Below, one piece after another: positions 9,495 to 18,762 of a stretch of DNA of 64,000 bases. Source of the stretch: Candidatus Berkelbacteria bacterium (GTDB lineage Bacteria; Patescibacteriota; UBA1384; JACPKC01); the NCBI GenBank assembly GCA_016187225.1, contig JACPKC010000010.1, positions 67,541-131,540 on the forward strand, read 5' to 3'. The notes under the pieces are model-generated. The model had not been told where the DNA came from, made no database searches, and saw only the letters and a list, made by a program, of their open reading frames with translations. The position numbers were made by a program, and so were the translations under genes. The number at the start of each line of letters is the position of its first letter. Within the stretch, counting starts at the first letter, position 1.

Positions 9495-10181
9495 ATGCAT
9501 TTGCCGGAAACGCTGCGGATTGAAGAAGAAGTTGTCGAATCATTTGGTGTCTCAAAAAAGTATACGATTCTGATCATTTTGATCGGCTTCGCGATTATTG
9601 TTTTGAGTCTTGTGATTGGTACGGTTTTGGAAGAGTCGATTGCGACCGCTGTTCAAACCTTTGGCCCGCTTGCGCCTTTAATTGCAACCTTGCTTTTTTT
9701 AGTGCCGATTGTCCTTGGACTCTATCTTATTGCACTCGGACTTTACTTCCAGTTAGCTTACCAGTATTTTTTAACCACTGAACGCGTTATTCAGTCGATC
9801 GGACTCTTTGCTAAAGATACAACCAGCGCTGAATATAAAGGCATTACCGATATCACTTTGCGCCAGGATTTGTTTAATCGCTTGATCGGCACCGGGACAT
9901 TGCTCATCAATACCGCTGGTGGCCCGATGGTCGAAATTAAATTGGTCAATATCGATCGGCCGAGTGAACGTAAGGAACTCTTGCGTCAACTTGCCCAGGC
10001 CTCGCACCGTGGCAAGAAGATCACGCGTGATCTGTACCGCAAGTTCAAGCACGCGACAGCAATGGCAACTAGAGAAGAGATGATAGCATCTCCAGAACAT
10101 CCATCAATCGAAGATTTACACAGCGATGGGATCGATGAATCAGATCGATTGAGAGCCGCTCAAAAGCGAATTGCGGAATGA
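9495..10181 (+). CDS. Membrane protein with a bacterial PH domain (bPH_2/YdbS-YdbT-like)
   Basis: It has a strong SD (AGGAGG) and two TM helices. The bPH_2 pattern 'YFLTTERVIQSIGLF...GTGTLLINTAGG' is present. Confidence 0.65.
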   Translation: MHLPETLRIEEEVVESFGVSKKYTILIILIGFAIIVLSLVIGTVLEESIATAVQTFGPLAPLIATLLFLVPIVLGLYLIALGLYFQLAYQYFLTTERVIQSIGLFAKDTTSAEYKGITDITLRQDLFNRLIGTGTLLINTAGGPMVEIKLVNIDRPSERKELLRQLAQASHRGKKITRDLYRKFKHATAMATREEMIASPEHPSIEDLHSDGIDESDRLRAAQKRIAE

Positions 10182-10750
10182 GTTCTAGCTTATATATTCC
10201 AGTCATCTTGGGGACGATTCGTCCCGGACGTCTTTCAGAGCGAGTGGCGAGGCTTATTTATACCGAGTTGACAAAACTCTCAAATATTCAAACTGAACTC
10301 ATTGACATTCGTGCTTTGGATTTTGATTTCAAAAATGAAGGTCCGAGCGCCCGCATGCCTAAATTTTCTCGCCAAATGTGGCAGATGCACGGGTTAATTA
10401 TCGTGGCGCCTGAATATAATCACAGCTATCCTGGAAGTCTTAAAATGATTATGGATACCAATCTGGCAGAATATCGCGACAAAGCTGTCGGGCTCGTTGG
10501 GGTTTCAGATGGACCTTGGGGAGGCGCGCGCTTGGTTGAAAATTTGATCAACTACACGCAAACACTTGGCCTCAAGCCGCTTCGCACCGCGCTCTATTTT
10601 CCTCAAGCAGAGAAAATCATTGATCCAGAAGGGCAATTGGTCAATCCAAACTACTTGCCGAGAATAAATCGATTTTTCCAAGATCTTATCCTCCTCGCTC
10701 AAACTTTGGCGCCTATTCAAAAACACGCATCAAAGATAGAAGCACTATGA
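10178..10750 (+). CDS. NADPH-dependent FMN reductase family flavoprotein
   Basis: It has a flavodoxin-like N-terminus 'IPVILGTIRPGRLSERV' and the 'LIIVAPEYNHSYPGSLK' block typical of the FMN_red family (PF03358). Confidence 0.75.
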   Translation: MSSSLYIPVILGTIRPGRLSERVARLIYTELTKLSNIQTELIDIRALDFDFKNEGPSARMPKFSRQMWQMHGLIIVAPEYNHSYPGSLKMIMDTNLAEYRDKAVGLVGVSDGPWGGARLVENLINYTQTLGLKPLRTALYFPQAEKIIDPEGQLVNPNYLPRINRFFQDLILLAQTLAPIQKHASKIEAL

Positions 10751-12486
10751 GCTCACTGGAACGTCACTGGTTAGCGCCCGATCGCGTTCACGCTGATCTC
10801 GTTCGTCAACTTCTGGCGAATCGTTCGATTACCGATGAAGAAAAATTCTTTAATCCGGATTTTGAACGAGACAGCCATGATCCGTTTCTCTTAACTGGCA
10901 TGGACAAGGCAATCTTGCGAATTCAGCAAGCGCTTTCAGTAAAAGAAGTAATCGCAGTCTTTGGCGATTACGACGCCGACGGCATTCCGGGGACTGCCCT
11001 GCTGGTTAAAATTTTGCGGTCTCATCAGGCAACCGTTATTCCCTACATTCCCAATCGTGAGAGGGAGGGCTATGGCTTAAATGAAGCCGCTTTACGGCAT
11101 CTAAAAGATCAAAAGGTTGCCCTAGTGATCACAGTTGATCTTGGAATTACGAATAGGCATGAAGTCAAATTTGCGACCGAATTAGGTCTCGATGTGATTG
11201 TGACCGACCACCACCACATCGAGGCTCAACAGCTCCCTGACAAGGCGATCGCTCTTTTGCATCCCGCTCTGCCGGGTTCGCGCTACCCTTTTGCCAATTT
11301 GGCGGGCGGCGGTGTTGCTTGGAAGCTGACTCAAGCGCTTCAACGCACAACCGGAATTCCTTCCCTTGCACAACTTAAGTGGTGGTTCGAGCTCCCAGCT
11401 ATTAGCACCGTTTGCGATATTGTTCCAATCGTCGATGAAAATCGGATGATTGTTCACTTTGGTATGAAAGTTCTGGCGCAAACTCGCAATGAGGGTTTGC
11501 GGGCACTTTACAAGACGGGTGGAATTGATTCCACCCGTCTCACAGAGAGAGTGATTGGTTTTCAGATCGGCCCTCGCCTGAACGCGCCGGGGCGGATCGA
11601 TCATGCGGCTCTCGCGCTCGAACTTTTATTAACAGAAGATTCTCTTCAAGCCCAGGAGATTGCCGCTCGGATTGAGCTCCAAAATCGCACTCGACAGGAG
11701 CAGTTGGAAGCGATGGTCAATTCAGCGCGTCAAGAAATCTTACAGAACAAATACTACGATCAGGCGGCAATCGTACTTTTAAATGAACATTGGTCGATAG
11801 GTCTAATTGGACTAGCCGCCTCGCGCCTAGTCGAACAGTTCCATCGCCCAATTATCCTGCTTGGCGCCTATGGGAAAGAAGCGAAGGGTTCAGGACGGAG
11901 TATCGACGGTTTCAATTTATTCGGAGCCATTCATGCTCAAAGCCGATTTTTAACGAGTTATGGCGGACACGAAAAGGCGGCTGGATTTCATCTGCCGATT
12001 AAAAATGTCAACAAATTCAAGGCTCGATTTATTGAACATGCGCGGATACATCTCACGTCCGACCAACTTTTGCCGACGCTCAAAACTGACGCTGAAATCA
12101 AACCTGATGAAATCACCAATGAGCTGGTGACGAACCTCATGCGTTTCGCGCCTCATGGGCCGAGTAATCCAAAACCGCGCTTTATCATCGGACCGCTCAC
12201 GATTGCGTCAGTGAAAGCTGTTGGCGCCGAAAGTCAGCATGTTAAGTTCAGTTTCAATGAGGGCGCACCAAATCAGCTTGAGGCGATTGGTTTTCGATTG
12301 GGTGAAAAAGCGAGGAGCTATACATCTCACGACCGTATTTATATCGTTGGGTCGCTCGAGTTCAACGAGTGGAATGGTCTTGACCGAATTCAAATTAAGG
12401 CCGACGATATTAAACTGGCTCAAGCGTGGGAGATAGAACAGAAATCGAGCGATAACTTGCTTTTTGATACGATAAACAAAAGTTAA
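10747..12486 (+). CDS. recJ: Single-stranded-DNA-specific exonuclease RecJ
   Basis: DHH motifs 'VFGDYDADGIPG' and 'VTDHHH' are present, with a DHHA1 region and a C-terminal OB-like region. Confidence 0.9.
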   Translation: MSSLERHWLAPDRVHADLVRQLLANRSITDEEKFFNPDFERDSHDPFLLTGMDKAILRIQQALSVKEVIAVFGDYDADGIPGTALLVKILRSHQATVIPYIPNREREGYGLNEAALRHLKDQKVALVITVDLGITNRHEVKFATELGLDVIVTDHHHIEAQQLPDKAIALLHPALPGSRYPFANLAGGGVAWKLTQALQRTTGIPSLAQLKWWFELPAISTVCDIVPIVDENRMIVHFGMKVLAQTRNEGLRALYKTGGIDSTRLTERVIGFQIGPRLNAPGRIDHAALALELLLTEDSLQAQEIAARIELQNRTRQEQLEAMVNSARQEILQNKYYDQAAIVLLNEHWSIGLIGLAASRLVEQFHRPIILLGAYGKEAKGSGRSIDGFNLFGAIHAQSRFLTSYGGHEKAAGFHLPIKNVNKFKARFIEHARIHLTSDQLLPTLKTDAEIKPDEITNELVTNLMRFAPHGPSNPKPRFIIGPLTIASVKAVGAESQHVKFSFNEGAPNQLEAIGFRLGEKARSYTSHDRIYIVGSLEFNEWNGLDRIQIKADDIKLAQAWEIEQKSSDNLLFDTINKS

Positions 12487-12499
12487 GAAAGGCAACATA

Positions 12500-13132
12500 A
12501 TGTCTTATACATTACCTCAATTAGGGTACGCCTACGACGCGCTTGAGCCGGTGATCGACGCCCAGACCATGGAAATTCATCATAAAAAGCATCATCAAGC
12601 CTATATCGATAAACTCAATACTGTTCTCAAAAGCCAGGCTGATCTTGGTGAATACAACATTAATGCGCTGATGAGTCAGCTCGAATCGATTCCTGAAGAA
12701 ATACGAATGCTTGTTCGCAATCATGGCGGCGGTCATGCCAATCACTCATTTTTTTGGGAGATAATGTGCCCACTTCGTGACCGCGACGAGATGGCAGAAA
12801 AACAAGCCAAACAGATGCTTGCCAAAGTCTTAGAAGAAAATTTTGATAGTCTTGAAAAATTTCAAGCACAATTCACAGAAGCGGCGCTCAATCGTTTTGG
12901 TTCAGGTTGGACATGGCTCATGGTTAACAGTTTGGGCGATCTCGAGATCGCATCGACGCCAAATCAGGATAATCCCTGGATGGAGGGCAAGACACCGATT
13001 CTCGGTTTGGATGTTTGGGAGCATGCCTATTACTTAAAATATCAAAATCGTCGGGCTGACTATATCGAAGCCTGGTGGCAAGCAGTTAACTGGCCTAAGG
13101 CGGTCGAGTTTCTGAAATTAGCCCAGAAGTAA
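12500..13132 (+). CDS. sodA: Superoxide dismutase (Fe/Mn family)
   Basis: 'LPYAYDALEP', 'HHKKHHQAY' and 'DVWEHAYYLKYQNRR' metal-ligand blocks are present. Confidence 0.95.
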   Translation: MSYTLPQLGYAYDALEPVIDAQTMEIHHKKHHQAYIDKLNTVLKSQADLGEYNINALMSQLESIPEEIRMLVRNHGGGHANHSFFWEIMCPLRDRDEMAEKQAKQMLAKVLEENFDSLEKFQAQFTEAALNRFGSGWTWLMVNSLGDLEIASTPNQDNPWMEGKTPILGLDVWEHAYYLKYQNRRADYIEAWWQAVNWPKAVEFLKLAQK

Positions 13133-13147
13133 CATTGCATCATAAAA

Positions 13148-13165
13148 TTATTGGGGAACACATCG
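13148..13165 (+). repeat. Copy of the TTATTGGGGAACACATC box, ending 2 nt before the radA start codon
   Basis: It is an exact match to the box upstream of murG at 5385-5402, apart from the last base. Confidence 0.55.
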
Positions 13166-13166
13166 A

Positions 13167-14507
13167 ATGGCAAAAACAGCGACAAGCGTTTTTGTTTGCA
13201 CCGAATGCGGGAGTGAAACTGCGCAGTGGGTCGGGCGTTGCGGCGCTTGCGGCACTTGGAATAGTGTGCGAGTAATGCGTGGCTTATTGAGCCGATCACA
13301 AGTTCATCACGTTGAGCATAATCTTGGGTCAATCGACTTGACTCCGCTTGCGAACGCTAAACTTAAGGCGGCTCCGGAACGAAGGAGATCCTTGCAAGAA
13401 GTTGACCGTGTGTTGGGTGGTGGACTAATGCCGGGGAGCGCCATTCTTTTGGCGGGTGAGCCTGGGGTTGGCAAGTCGACACTGCTTCTTGAGATCGCAA
13501 AATGCGTCGCAGTTCAGGGCGAGGTGCGGTATATTTCGGGCGAAGAATCGGTTTTTCAAGTGAGTGATCGCGCTCGGCGCCTTCAAGCTCTCGCGTCCCA
13601 ACTCGTAGCTATATCACTCACGAACGTTGATCAAATAATCGAAATTATGCGCCAAACGCCTCGGCCGGGGCTCGTGATGATCGATTCAATTCAAACCGTC
13701 TATGATCCTCAATTTCCTTCCACGCCGGGGAGTTTGGTTCAAGTTCGAGAATGTGCTCTCAAGTTAGTCGCTGAAATTAAACTCCTTAACATCCCACTTA
13801 TTCTAACGAGTCATGTTACCAAAGAGGGTACCCTGGCGGGGCCGCGCGCGCTTGAACATTTAGTCGATGTCGTACTCTATTTAGAAGGGGAAAGGACACA
13901 TGCTTTACGCATGTTGCGCGGCGTTAAAAATCGCTACGGCCCAACCGATGAGATCGGTGTTTTTCAGATGAAAGAGTCCGGACTCGAGGCAGTTGAGAAC
14001 CCATCGGCACGTTTTTTAGCCGATCGCGCCGAGAATACATCTGGGTCAGTAGTTGCGCCAATTATTGAAGGCACGCGACCCTTTTTAGTTGAGGTGCAAT
14101 CGTTGGCGACAAAAACGACATTTGGTTATCCTAAGCGTCGGGCGCTGGGTGTTGAGACTAATCGACTCGAGCTCATTCTTGCCGTCCTCGAAACCCGTGT
14201 CGGTCTGTGTTTAGCTGAATATGATATCTTTGTTAATCTTGTCGGTGGCTTTCGTGTGACCGAGCCCGCCGTTGATTTGGCAATCGCAATGGCCGTGGCT
14301 TCCGCCGTTACTAATCTACCGCTTGATCCACATCTCGCTGTTTATGGTGAAATTGGTTTAAGTGGCGAGATTCGCCCAGTAACTTTTGCTCTGCGGCGCA
14401 AAAAAGAGATGGAACGGCTTGGCTTTCACCCGCTGACCGGTAAGCGTTTGGTTGATATTTTGAATCAAGTTTTGCCTGGCTGGCAAAAAATCAAGGGCAG
14501 GGGATAG
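13167..14507 (+). CDS. radA: DNA repair protein RadA/Sms
   Basis: It has an N-terminal C4 zinc finger '[23 protein letters not shown]', a RecA-like Walker A 'GEPGVGKST', the KNRYG motif and a Lon-like C-terminal domain. Confidence 0.93.
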
Positions 14508-14712
14508 AATCGTCGGGTGGCCAACAAGCATCGGCATCTGTTGGGGGCTGAATATCGGTGGTTGAAAGCGGCGGTTCGCCGATTGGTGTGATACTTGTCG
14601 CCCCGCCTACATTATTAGGCGGCTCTGCTTTGGGTATTGAAACCACGATCGTGATTAAAATGCCGAGAGCAAGAAATCCAATTAATAACCAGAATGAGAG
14701 TGGCCATTTCAT
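14491..14712 (-). CDS. Small membrane protein (73 aa) with an N-terminal TM helix and a Pro-rich extracytoplasmic tail; hypothetical
   Basis: Its start codon overlaps the PBP1A stop codon as ATGA, suggesting translational coupling. It has a clear hydrophobic helix. There is no homology signal, and its 3' end overlaps the radA 3' end. Confidence 0.35.
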
Positions 14713-17525
14713 AACGAGGGTGTAGCTGAATCTTGATATCGAACGCCAGTTGCTTGGTTGCCGGACGAATCAACGCTGATAAGTGTGAAGTAATACTTGA
14801 CCGCATTCGTCAGGCCGGTAACGGTATAGGTGCTGATTGTGTTTGGGTTTACTAGGACTTCAGTTGGATAGAGCGAGCCAATTTCGCTTGGCTTAGTTGA
14901 AAGATAAATGCGGACTCGTTCCAGATCTAGGTCAGTCGGATTCGTCCATGTTAGTTGAACTGCAGCATTGAGACCAGTGGCGTCGACATTGCTTACCGAT
15001 TCAGGTGGAGTAGCATCTGATCGAACAGTTACAGTTAAGGTTTGGCTAGTTGAGGCGCCATTTTGATCGTAAGTTGTGACGGTCAGCGTATGATCACCTT
15101 CCCCTAGATCAGATGCTTGCACTGTAAATTGATAAGGCGACACAGCATCAAAGCCTCGACCTTGACCATCTATCGCCAAGTCAACTGATCGGACTCCGAA
15201 GGTTGCACTCGCTTCCGCGGTAATGGTCACTGTTCCCGAAACTACCGCGCCATTGGTTGGCTCGAGAATATTAACGATCGGGATAGTGTCCTCGGTATAA
15301 TCAGTGTCAGTCTCAGTCGGCGGACTGCCAAGCTCGATTCCATTTGCTTGTGCCCAGGCAAGTACCGGATTCTCCCAACGCGGGTCGCCTGGTTTTTCAG
15401 AATGCAGAACGGTATAAGTTTTTTCCTCAACCAGACTTTGAGGCGTTAAGGATGTGGCGAGTTTACCGGTCAATTTGTTGATTTGAACTTTAACGTGAAT
15501 GTCGTCTTTCTCTTTCGGAATTTGCCACGGGGCAAAGAGATCGCTCACTAATTCGCCAGAGCTATCGGTTGGCAATTTGTTTGAAAATTTATCCACAGAG
15601 AGCGTTTTAAGTGTTTCCGGCTTCGTGAAGGTGCGATTGTCAGTTGGGTCAAGAGCGGCACTTAAATAATTGCGAAAGATTGGCGCCGCCACGACAGAGC
15701 CATCAGCGCCCTGACGCATCGGTGAATTATCGTTGTTACCAACCCAGACCGCGGTTGAAAGCCCGGGTGTGTAGCCAACGGTCCAGCCGTCGCGGAATTC
15801 CTGGGTCGTCCCGGTTTTGGCCGCGACCGCGCGATTTGGGAAATAGAGCGCCGAGCGCGGGCCAAAAATTGGAGTCCGAGCGTTGTTGTCGGAAAGAATG
15901 TTGGTAATCTGATAGGCAACGTTTGGGTCCAGGACTTCTTTTTCGCCCTTCCCAGGCCGGTGTTCTTTTAAAGTCCGGCCATTTGCGTCTTCCACTTTAA
16001 GAATTGAAACCGGTGGGCGGTAGGTGCCGCCGTTAGCGAAAACGGCAAACGCCGTGGCCATATCAAGCGGGCGCACCTCGCCGCCGCCTAAAACCAATGA
16101 TAAGCCGTAGCGTTCAGGTTGATTCAAAGTTGTAATACCCAGATCGTGGGCCGTCTTCAAGGTCTCATCGAGACCCACCAGCCATAGCATTTTTACGGCC
16201 GGGATATTAAGTGAATTTGCCAACGCGTGCCGAACTGTGACTGGCCCGCTGAACGATCCATTGTAGTTATTTGGCTCGTAGTTGCCAAAGTCAGTTTTTA
16301 CATCCCAGAGTACAGAGGCGGGATTGTATTTTTCCTTGAAACCTGTCGCGTAGACGATCGGTTTGAAACTTGAACCTGGCTGACGGGCGGCAAGGGTTAC
16401 GTTCACATTGCCGTCGTGTTCAGTGTCGAAATAGTTTGCCGATCCGACCATCGCTAGAATTTCACCAGTTTCAGGTTTAACCGAGACCAGTGCGGCGTTA
16501 TTTCCGCCCTGTCGACGAACATTTTCAATGCCTTTTGAGATTGCCGTTTGAGCGTCTCGCTGAAAGTCGAGATCGAGCGTCGTTGTTACACGCAGACCGC
16601 CTTCTTCCACCATCTGTTCACCAAATTCTTCCACGAGCTGTTCGCGGACATAGAAGACAAAGTGCGGCGCCTCAATCGAATCTCGGCGCGGCAAAACTGA
16701 AATCGGTTTCGCCAAAGCGATTTCAGTCTCATCTTTTGTGGCGTAGCCCAACTCAACCATGGAATTCAAAATCCAATCGCGTCGGATTTTGAGATCATCA
16801 GTATGCGTGCCATAAGGTGAATAATAGGTTGGTGCTTGAGGAATAGCCGCCAGCGTTGCCGCCTCATGAAGTTCAAGATCTTTAGCGTCTTTGCCAAAGA
16901 AAGCGCGCGAGGCAGCCTGAACACCATAGCTGTTCGAGCCATAAGGAATTTCGTTGAGATAAAAAGTCAGAATCTCGTCTTTGGAAAACATCGCTTCAAT
17001 CTCGAGCGTTAAGATTACTTCTTTAATCTTGCGGTCGAGAGTCTTTTTGTTGGTTAAGAGCGCGTTTTTAACATACTGTTGGGTGATCGTTGAACCGCCC
17101 ACTCGAGCGCCGGTGAAAACGTCTAAGAAAACGGCGCGCGCCAAACCTTTAAAATCGAGGCCAAAGTGTTCGTAGAATTTTCGATCTTCAGCTGTAATCG
17201 TGGCTTGTTTGATTGAAGAGGGGATATCCTTATCAGTTAAAATAGTGCGGTTTTGATCACCGTGGAGTTCGTACAAAAGCTCGCCGTCGCGGTCGTAAAT
17301 TTTAGTGGATTGAGCGGCTTCATACTTACGAATTTTGCCTGGTGTCGGCAAATCTTTAGAGTACCAAGCAAAGATCGCGGCCGTGGCGAACAAACTGACT
17401 ACGACCAACGCCTTCAGCGCCCGCCAAAAAAAACGCTTGTTCCAGCCCCGCTTCTTGAAAGCTTTTTGGACGCCTTTCTTGATTTGGCGAGGACGAATGT
17501 TGAGAGGATTATGAAAAACAGGCAT
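14709..17525 (-). CDS. Class A penicillin-binding protein (glycosyltransferase plus transpeptidase) with a roughly 300-aa C-terminal extension of Ig-like/FN3-like repeats
   Basis: The GT51 motif 'GGSTITQQYVKN' is present. Transpeptidase motifs 'SSFKP' and 'KTGTT' are present. The N-terminus is a TM anchor. The C-terminus is beta-rich and Thr/Ser/Val-rich ('TVTITAEASATFGV', 'LTVTTYDQNGASTSQTLTVTV'). Confidence 0.88.
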   Translation of the reverse strand: MPVFHNPLNIRPRQIKKGVQKAFKKRGWNKRFFWRALKALVVVSLFATAAIFAWYSKDLPTPGKIRKYEAAQSTKIYDRDGELLYELHGDQNRTILTDKDIPSSIKQATITAEDRKFYEHFGLDFKGLARAVFLDVFTGARVGGSTITQQYVKNALLTNKKTLDRKIKEVILTLEIEAMFSKDEILTFYLNEIPYGSNSYGVQAASRAFFGKDAKDLELHEAATLAAIPQAPTYYSPYGTHTDDLKIRRDWILNSMVELGYATKDETEIALAKPISVLPRRDSIEAPHFVFYVREQLVEEFGEQMVEEGGLRVTTTLDLDFQRDAQTAISKGIENVRRQGGNNAALVSVKPETGEILAMVGSANYFDTEHDGNVNVTLAARQPGSSFKPIVYATGFKEKYNPASVLWDVKTDFGNYEPNNYNGSFSGPVTVRHALANSLNIPAVKMLWLVGLDETLKTAHDLGITTLNQPERYGLSLVLGGGEVRPLDMATAFAVFANGGTYRPPVSILKVEDANGRTLKEHRPGKGEKEVLDPNVAYQITNILSDNNARTPIFGPRSALYFPNRAVAAKTGTTQEFRDGWTVGYTPGLSTAVWVGNNDNSPMRQGADGSVVAAPIFRNYLSAALDPTDNRTFTKPETLKTLSVDKFSNKLPTDSSGELVSDLFAPWQIPKEKDDIHVKVQINKLTGKLATSLTPQSLVEEKTYTVLHSEKPGDPRWENPVLAWAQANGIELGSPPTETDTDYTEDTIPIVNILEPTNGAVVSGTVTITAEASATFGVRSVDLAIDGQGRGFDAVSPYQFTVQASDLGEGDHTLTVTTYDQNGASTSQTLTVTVRSDATPPESVSNVDATGLNAAVQLTWTNPTDLDLERVRIYLSTKPSEIGSLYPTEVLVNPNTISTYTVTGLTNAVKYYFTLISVDSSGNQATGVRYQDSATPSL

Positions 17526-17573
17526 AGATTTAACTCATTGTTATTCTACCACATTCTTCTTATACTACTCATC

Positions 17574-18752
17574 ATGACGACTCCTTACTGGCGTCTTGCC
17601 GCCGATAAGATTTATCCAAGCAAAGATAGGCTCGTTCGTACGTTGAAGGCGCGTTCGTTAAGGATCTACTTTGGCGCCGATCCGACTGCGCCTTTTCTCC
17701 ATCTTGGGCACACTGTGCCGCTTAAAATTTTACGCGAACTGCAAGAGCAAGGTCATCGGGTCGTAGTCTTGTTTGGTGATTTTACAACTCTCATCGGAGA
17801 CCCGTCTGGTCGCGACCAGAGTCGACCGACACTTGACGAACAAGCGATTGCGACTAATCTTTTGACCTATCGCGAGCAAGTTCTAAAAATTCTTGACCCT
17901 AAGAAAACAGAGTTTCGTTCCAATAGCGAGTGGTATTTGAACCCCCGTTCAAGCGGCGCGCTTAGAGAATTCCTGCGTCTTGGCCTAAACTTTACCGCGG
18001 CTCAACTTTGGGAAAGAGATTTATTTCAGGAGCGTCAGAAAAAGGGCCAGCCAGTCTCTTTAACCGAATTTATTTATCCTGTGCTTCAAGCTTATGATTT
18101 CATCGCCTTGGAGGCCGATGCGCAAGTCGGTGGCACCGATCAAACCTTTAACATGCTAGCTGGCCGGGATTTGGCGAAAAAATTAGGTAAAGGAGAAAAG
18201 TTTGTCATCACGACCCAACTTTTGCGTGGCACAGACGGGCACAAGATGGGTAAATCGTTTAATAACTTCATCGCGCTTACAGATGCGCCAAATGAGATGT
18301 ATGGCAAACTGATGTCGGTTCGCGATGAACTTCTCCCAGAATATTTTATGCTTGCAGTTGGCATTGATCCAAATGCATCCAAAGTGCGAACACTAATCGA
18401 TGCGAATCCGCGCGAAGCGAAAGCAAAAATGGCCTACGAAGTTGTAGCTTTTTATCATGGCGCCGACAGAGCTTTGATGGCTCAAAAAGCCTTTGATCAG
18501 CAATTTCAAGCAAAAGAATTGCCAGGCGAGATTGAAAATCGGACACCATCGGTAACCGGGAATGAAAAGCTTGCCTTTTACTTGGTTGACCTTGACTTAG
18601 CGACATCTAAAACCGAAGCAGGTCGCCTCATTGAACAGGGTGGTGTCAAAGTCGATGGCGCTGTTATTGCCGATCTGCACGCGCTGATCACGCCGCATGA
18701 CGGCATGTTGATTCAGGTTGGCAAACGACACTTTGTCCGCATAAAATTATAG
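17574..18752 (+). CDS. tyrS: Tyrosyl-tRNA synthetase (compact, about 392 aa)
   Basis: It has the HIGH-type motif 'HLGH', the 'GGTDQTFN' block, the KMSKS-type motif 'KMGKS' and a C-terminal S4 domain. The ORF-track N-terminal extension from 17253 overlaps PBP1A on the opposite strand, so the internal ATG at 17574 is used. Confidence 0.85.
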   Translation: MTTPYWRLAADKIYPSKDRLVRTLKARSLRIYFGADPTAPFLHLGHTVPLKILRELQEQGHRVVVLFGDFTTLIGDPSGRDQSRPTLDEQAIATNLLTYREQVLKILDPKKTEFRSNSEWYLNPRSSGALREFLRLGLNFTAAQLWERDLFQERQKKGQPVSLTEFIYPVLQAYDFIALEADAQVGGTDQTFNMLAGRDLAKKLGKGEKFVITTQLLRGTDGHKMGKSFNNFIALTDAPNEMYGKLMSVRDELLPEYFMLAVGIDPNASKVRTLIDANPREAKAKMAYEVVAFYHGADRALMAQKAFDQQFQAKELPGEIENRTPSVTGNEKLAFYLVDLDLATSKTEAGRLIEQGGVKVDGAVIADLHALITPHDGMLIQVGKRHFVRIKL

Positions 18753-18762
18753 TTGCGAGATC

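Noticed and set aside
17253-17573. N-terminal 107-codon extension of the tyrS ORF in the ORF track
   Set aside because: It overlaps the 5' end of the minus-strand PBP1A gene and has no TyrRS homology. The conserved TyrRS sequence begins at the internal ATG at 17574.
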